Under the pieces are notes generated by a model that ran no database searches, was not told the DNA's origin, and saw only the letters and a list, made by a program, of their open reading frames with translations. This document shows, one piece after another, positions 14,147 through 15,342 of a stretch of 15,342 bases of DNA; within the stretch, counting starts at the first letter, position 1, and each line of letters opens with the position of its first letter. Position numbers and translations under genes: made by a program. The stretch is from Verrucomicrobiota bacterium (GTDB lineage: Bacteria; Verrucomicrobiota; Verrucomicrobiia; Limisphaerales; Palsa-1400): assembly GCA_049510745.1 (NCBI GenBank), contig JBEKYR010000071.1, forward strand, positions 1-15,342. Direction: 5' to 3'.

Positions 14147-15342
14147 TCACGGCAGCATGGACAGAGGCGGGGAGGCGGGACGCCAGAACGGGATTTCCGG
14201 CAGCGGCTCATAGTGGCGTCCTTCCTGGTCGAACCTCTGTCGGTGGTTGCCCCAGAAGCGCGTTCCACTGCCCAGGTCGAGCAGCGGGTGTTCCACCTCC
14301 CAGAATGAGTTGCCCGTAATGAACGTCCGGTCACTGTTCTCAAAGATCGCCACACCCACCGGAGATTTGGAAAAACTGTTATTCTCGATGAAAGCATACG
14401 CCCCGTAAACGAGCGGATTCGGCGGCACCTGGGCCCTCTGGTCGTTTCCAAAGCGTGCCGAGGCGAACAGGATCGCTCCCTGGAGTCCAGGCCGGATGGG
14501 CACCGCGGCGCTGCCAGTGAAGCTGTTGTGGTTTGGAAGGCTGTCACGGAAGGTGCAGCCGATCACTTTGTTTCCCATTTGGGTGGGCGCCCGGCGCACA
14601 TTGCCTTCGACCGTTTGGAACAGGAACTTGATGGAAGCGTGGTCCAAGAGGCAATTGCGTATTTCGTTGTACCATCCCAAAGAGTATTCGGTGTCCTTAT
14701 CGGGTTTGCCTTGCTGGCTCCCGTCATTAGTGAGCACCGAGATACCCGCCGAACGGTCGGTCTCGTTGCCGTCCACCACGTTGGCAATACTCCCCTTGTA
14801 AAGCCCCATCCAGCTTCCGCTCCCGGTCGTGTTGTAAAGGAACGTGTTCTCGACAAACATGCCCGCCGCCAGGTAGCGACTGGTGGCATCGGGTATCACC
14901 GCCCAAGGACGATCCAGCTTGACCGTGTCGCGAGTGTTGCTGATGATCAATCGGTACTGCCCCCGGCCCCGGCCGCTGATGATCGCGACGTGGTTCCACT
15001 TCATCTCGTCCTCGGTCCATGTGGCCGCTCTGTCGGTGAGGGAGAACTCGGTTGCCGATGTCACTTCGCCGACGCGGCGCCCAAACTTGGTTCTCCCCTC
15101 CCCATGCATGAGGATCTCCTCGCCGTCGGAACCTTCGCGACCGCTGGCTACGTCAAACACCTCGTTGAGCACATAAAGGTTATGGTAGCTGCTGGACGGC
15201 CAGATCGAGGCGAGCATTCCTTTTATGCCGCCATGCACCCGATTACGGGCGAAATAGCAATCAATCTGGGACCTCCCGCCGATGCCCATGGTGTCGCACC
15301 GGACAATGCGGGCGCGCCGGGCGAGCCGGCCGAGTCCGATGC
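14147..15342 (-). CDS. Right-handed parallel beta-helix (pectin-lyase-like) protein, 5'-truncated by the window
   Basis: The frame stays open from ATG 15289 to the edge (IGLGRLARRARIVRCDT). Repeats FARNRV, FVENTF, VDGNET, IENNSF, ITGNSF; insert GRGRGQYRLIISN...LDRPWAVIPD. Confidence 0.8.
   Translation of the reverse strand, partial: IGLGRLARRARIVRCDTMGIGGRSQIDCYFARNRVHGGIKGMLASIWPSSSYHNLYVLNEVFDVASGREGSDGEEILMHGEGRTKFGRRVGEVTSATEFSLTDRAATWTEDEMKWNHVAIISGRGRGQYRLIISNTRDTVKLDRPWAVIPDATSRYLAAGMFVENTFLYNTTGSGSWMGLYKGSIANVVDGNETDRSAGISVLTNDGSQQGKPDKDTEYSLGWYNEIRNCLLDHASIKFLFQTVEGNVRRAPTQMGNKVIGCTFRDSLPNHNSFTGSAAVPIRPGLQGAILFASARFGNDQRAQVPPNPLVYGAYAFIENNSFSKSPVGVAIFENSDRTFITGNSFWEVEHPLLDLGSGTRFWGNHRQRFDQEGRHYEPLPEIPFWRPASPPLSMLP

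Overview
Part of a surface-polysaccharide (EPS/O-antigen/colanic-acid-like) locus. All credible genes are on the minus strand. A STNL..W..F.D..RFYR module suggests a Pedosphaera/Limisphaera-like verrucomicrobium (inference). In transcription order: a 5'-truncated beta-helix protein, an 802-aa secreted beta-helix protein, a SAM methyltransferase, GT4, a WcaF-like acetyltransferase, GT2, a beta-propeller protein, a YdcF/DUF218 protein and an O-antigen-ligase-family protein. An accessory block follows (about 1501-4424), then a WcaI/WbuB-like GT4 and the start of a secreted protein. The accessory block is the unusual part. It holds a heptamer tract, five tandem bulged hairpins with a conserved co-varying stem and variable loops, a FitA-like antitoxin whose coupled VapC toxin stops after about 10 codons, a 313-aa unknown protein, a 121-bp MITE-like element enclosing two REP-like hairpins, a KTSC protein and a 303-aa STGP-motif protein. 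A ~29-nt AAAAGCTGAAAwwCTGAAAyTGGrAAAGA motif recurs at four gene junctions, including the VapC breakpoint, which hints at repeat-mediated cassette shuffling. No recombinase, transposase or Cas gene is visible in the window.
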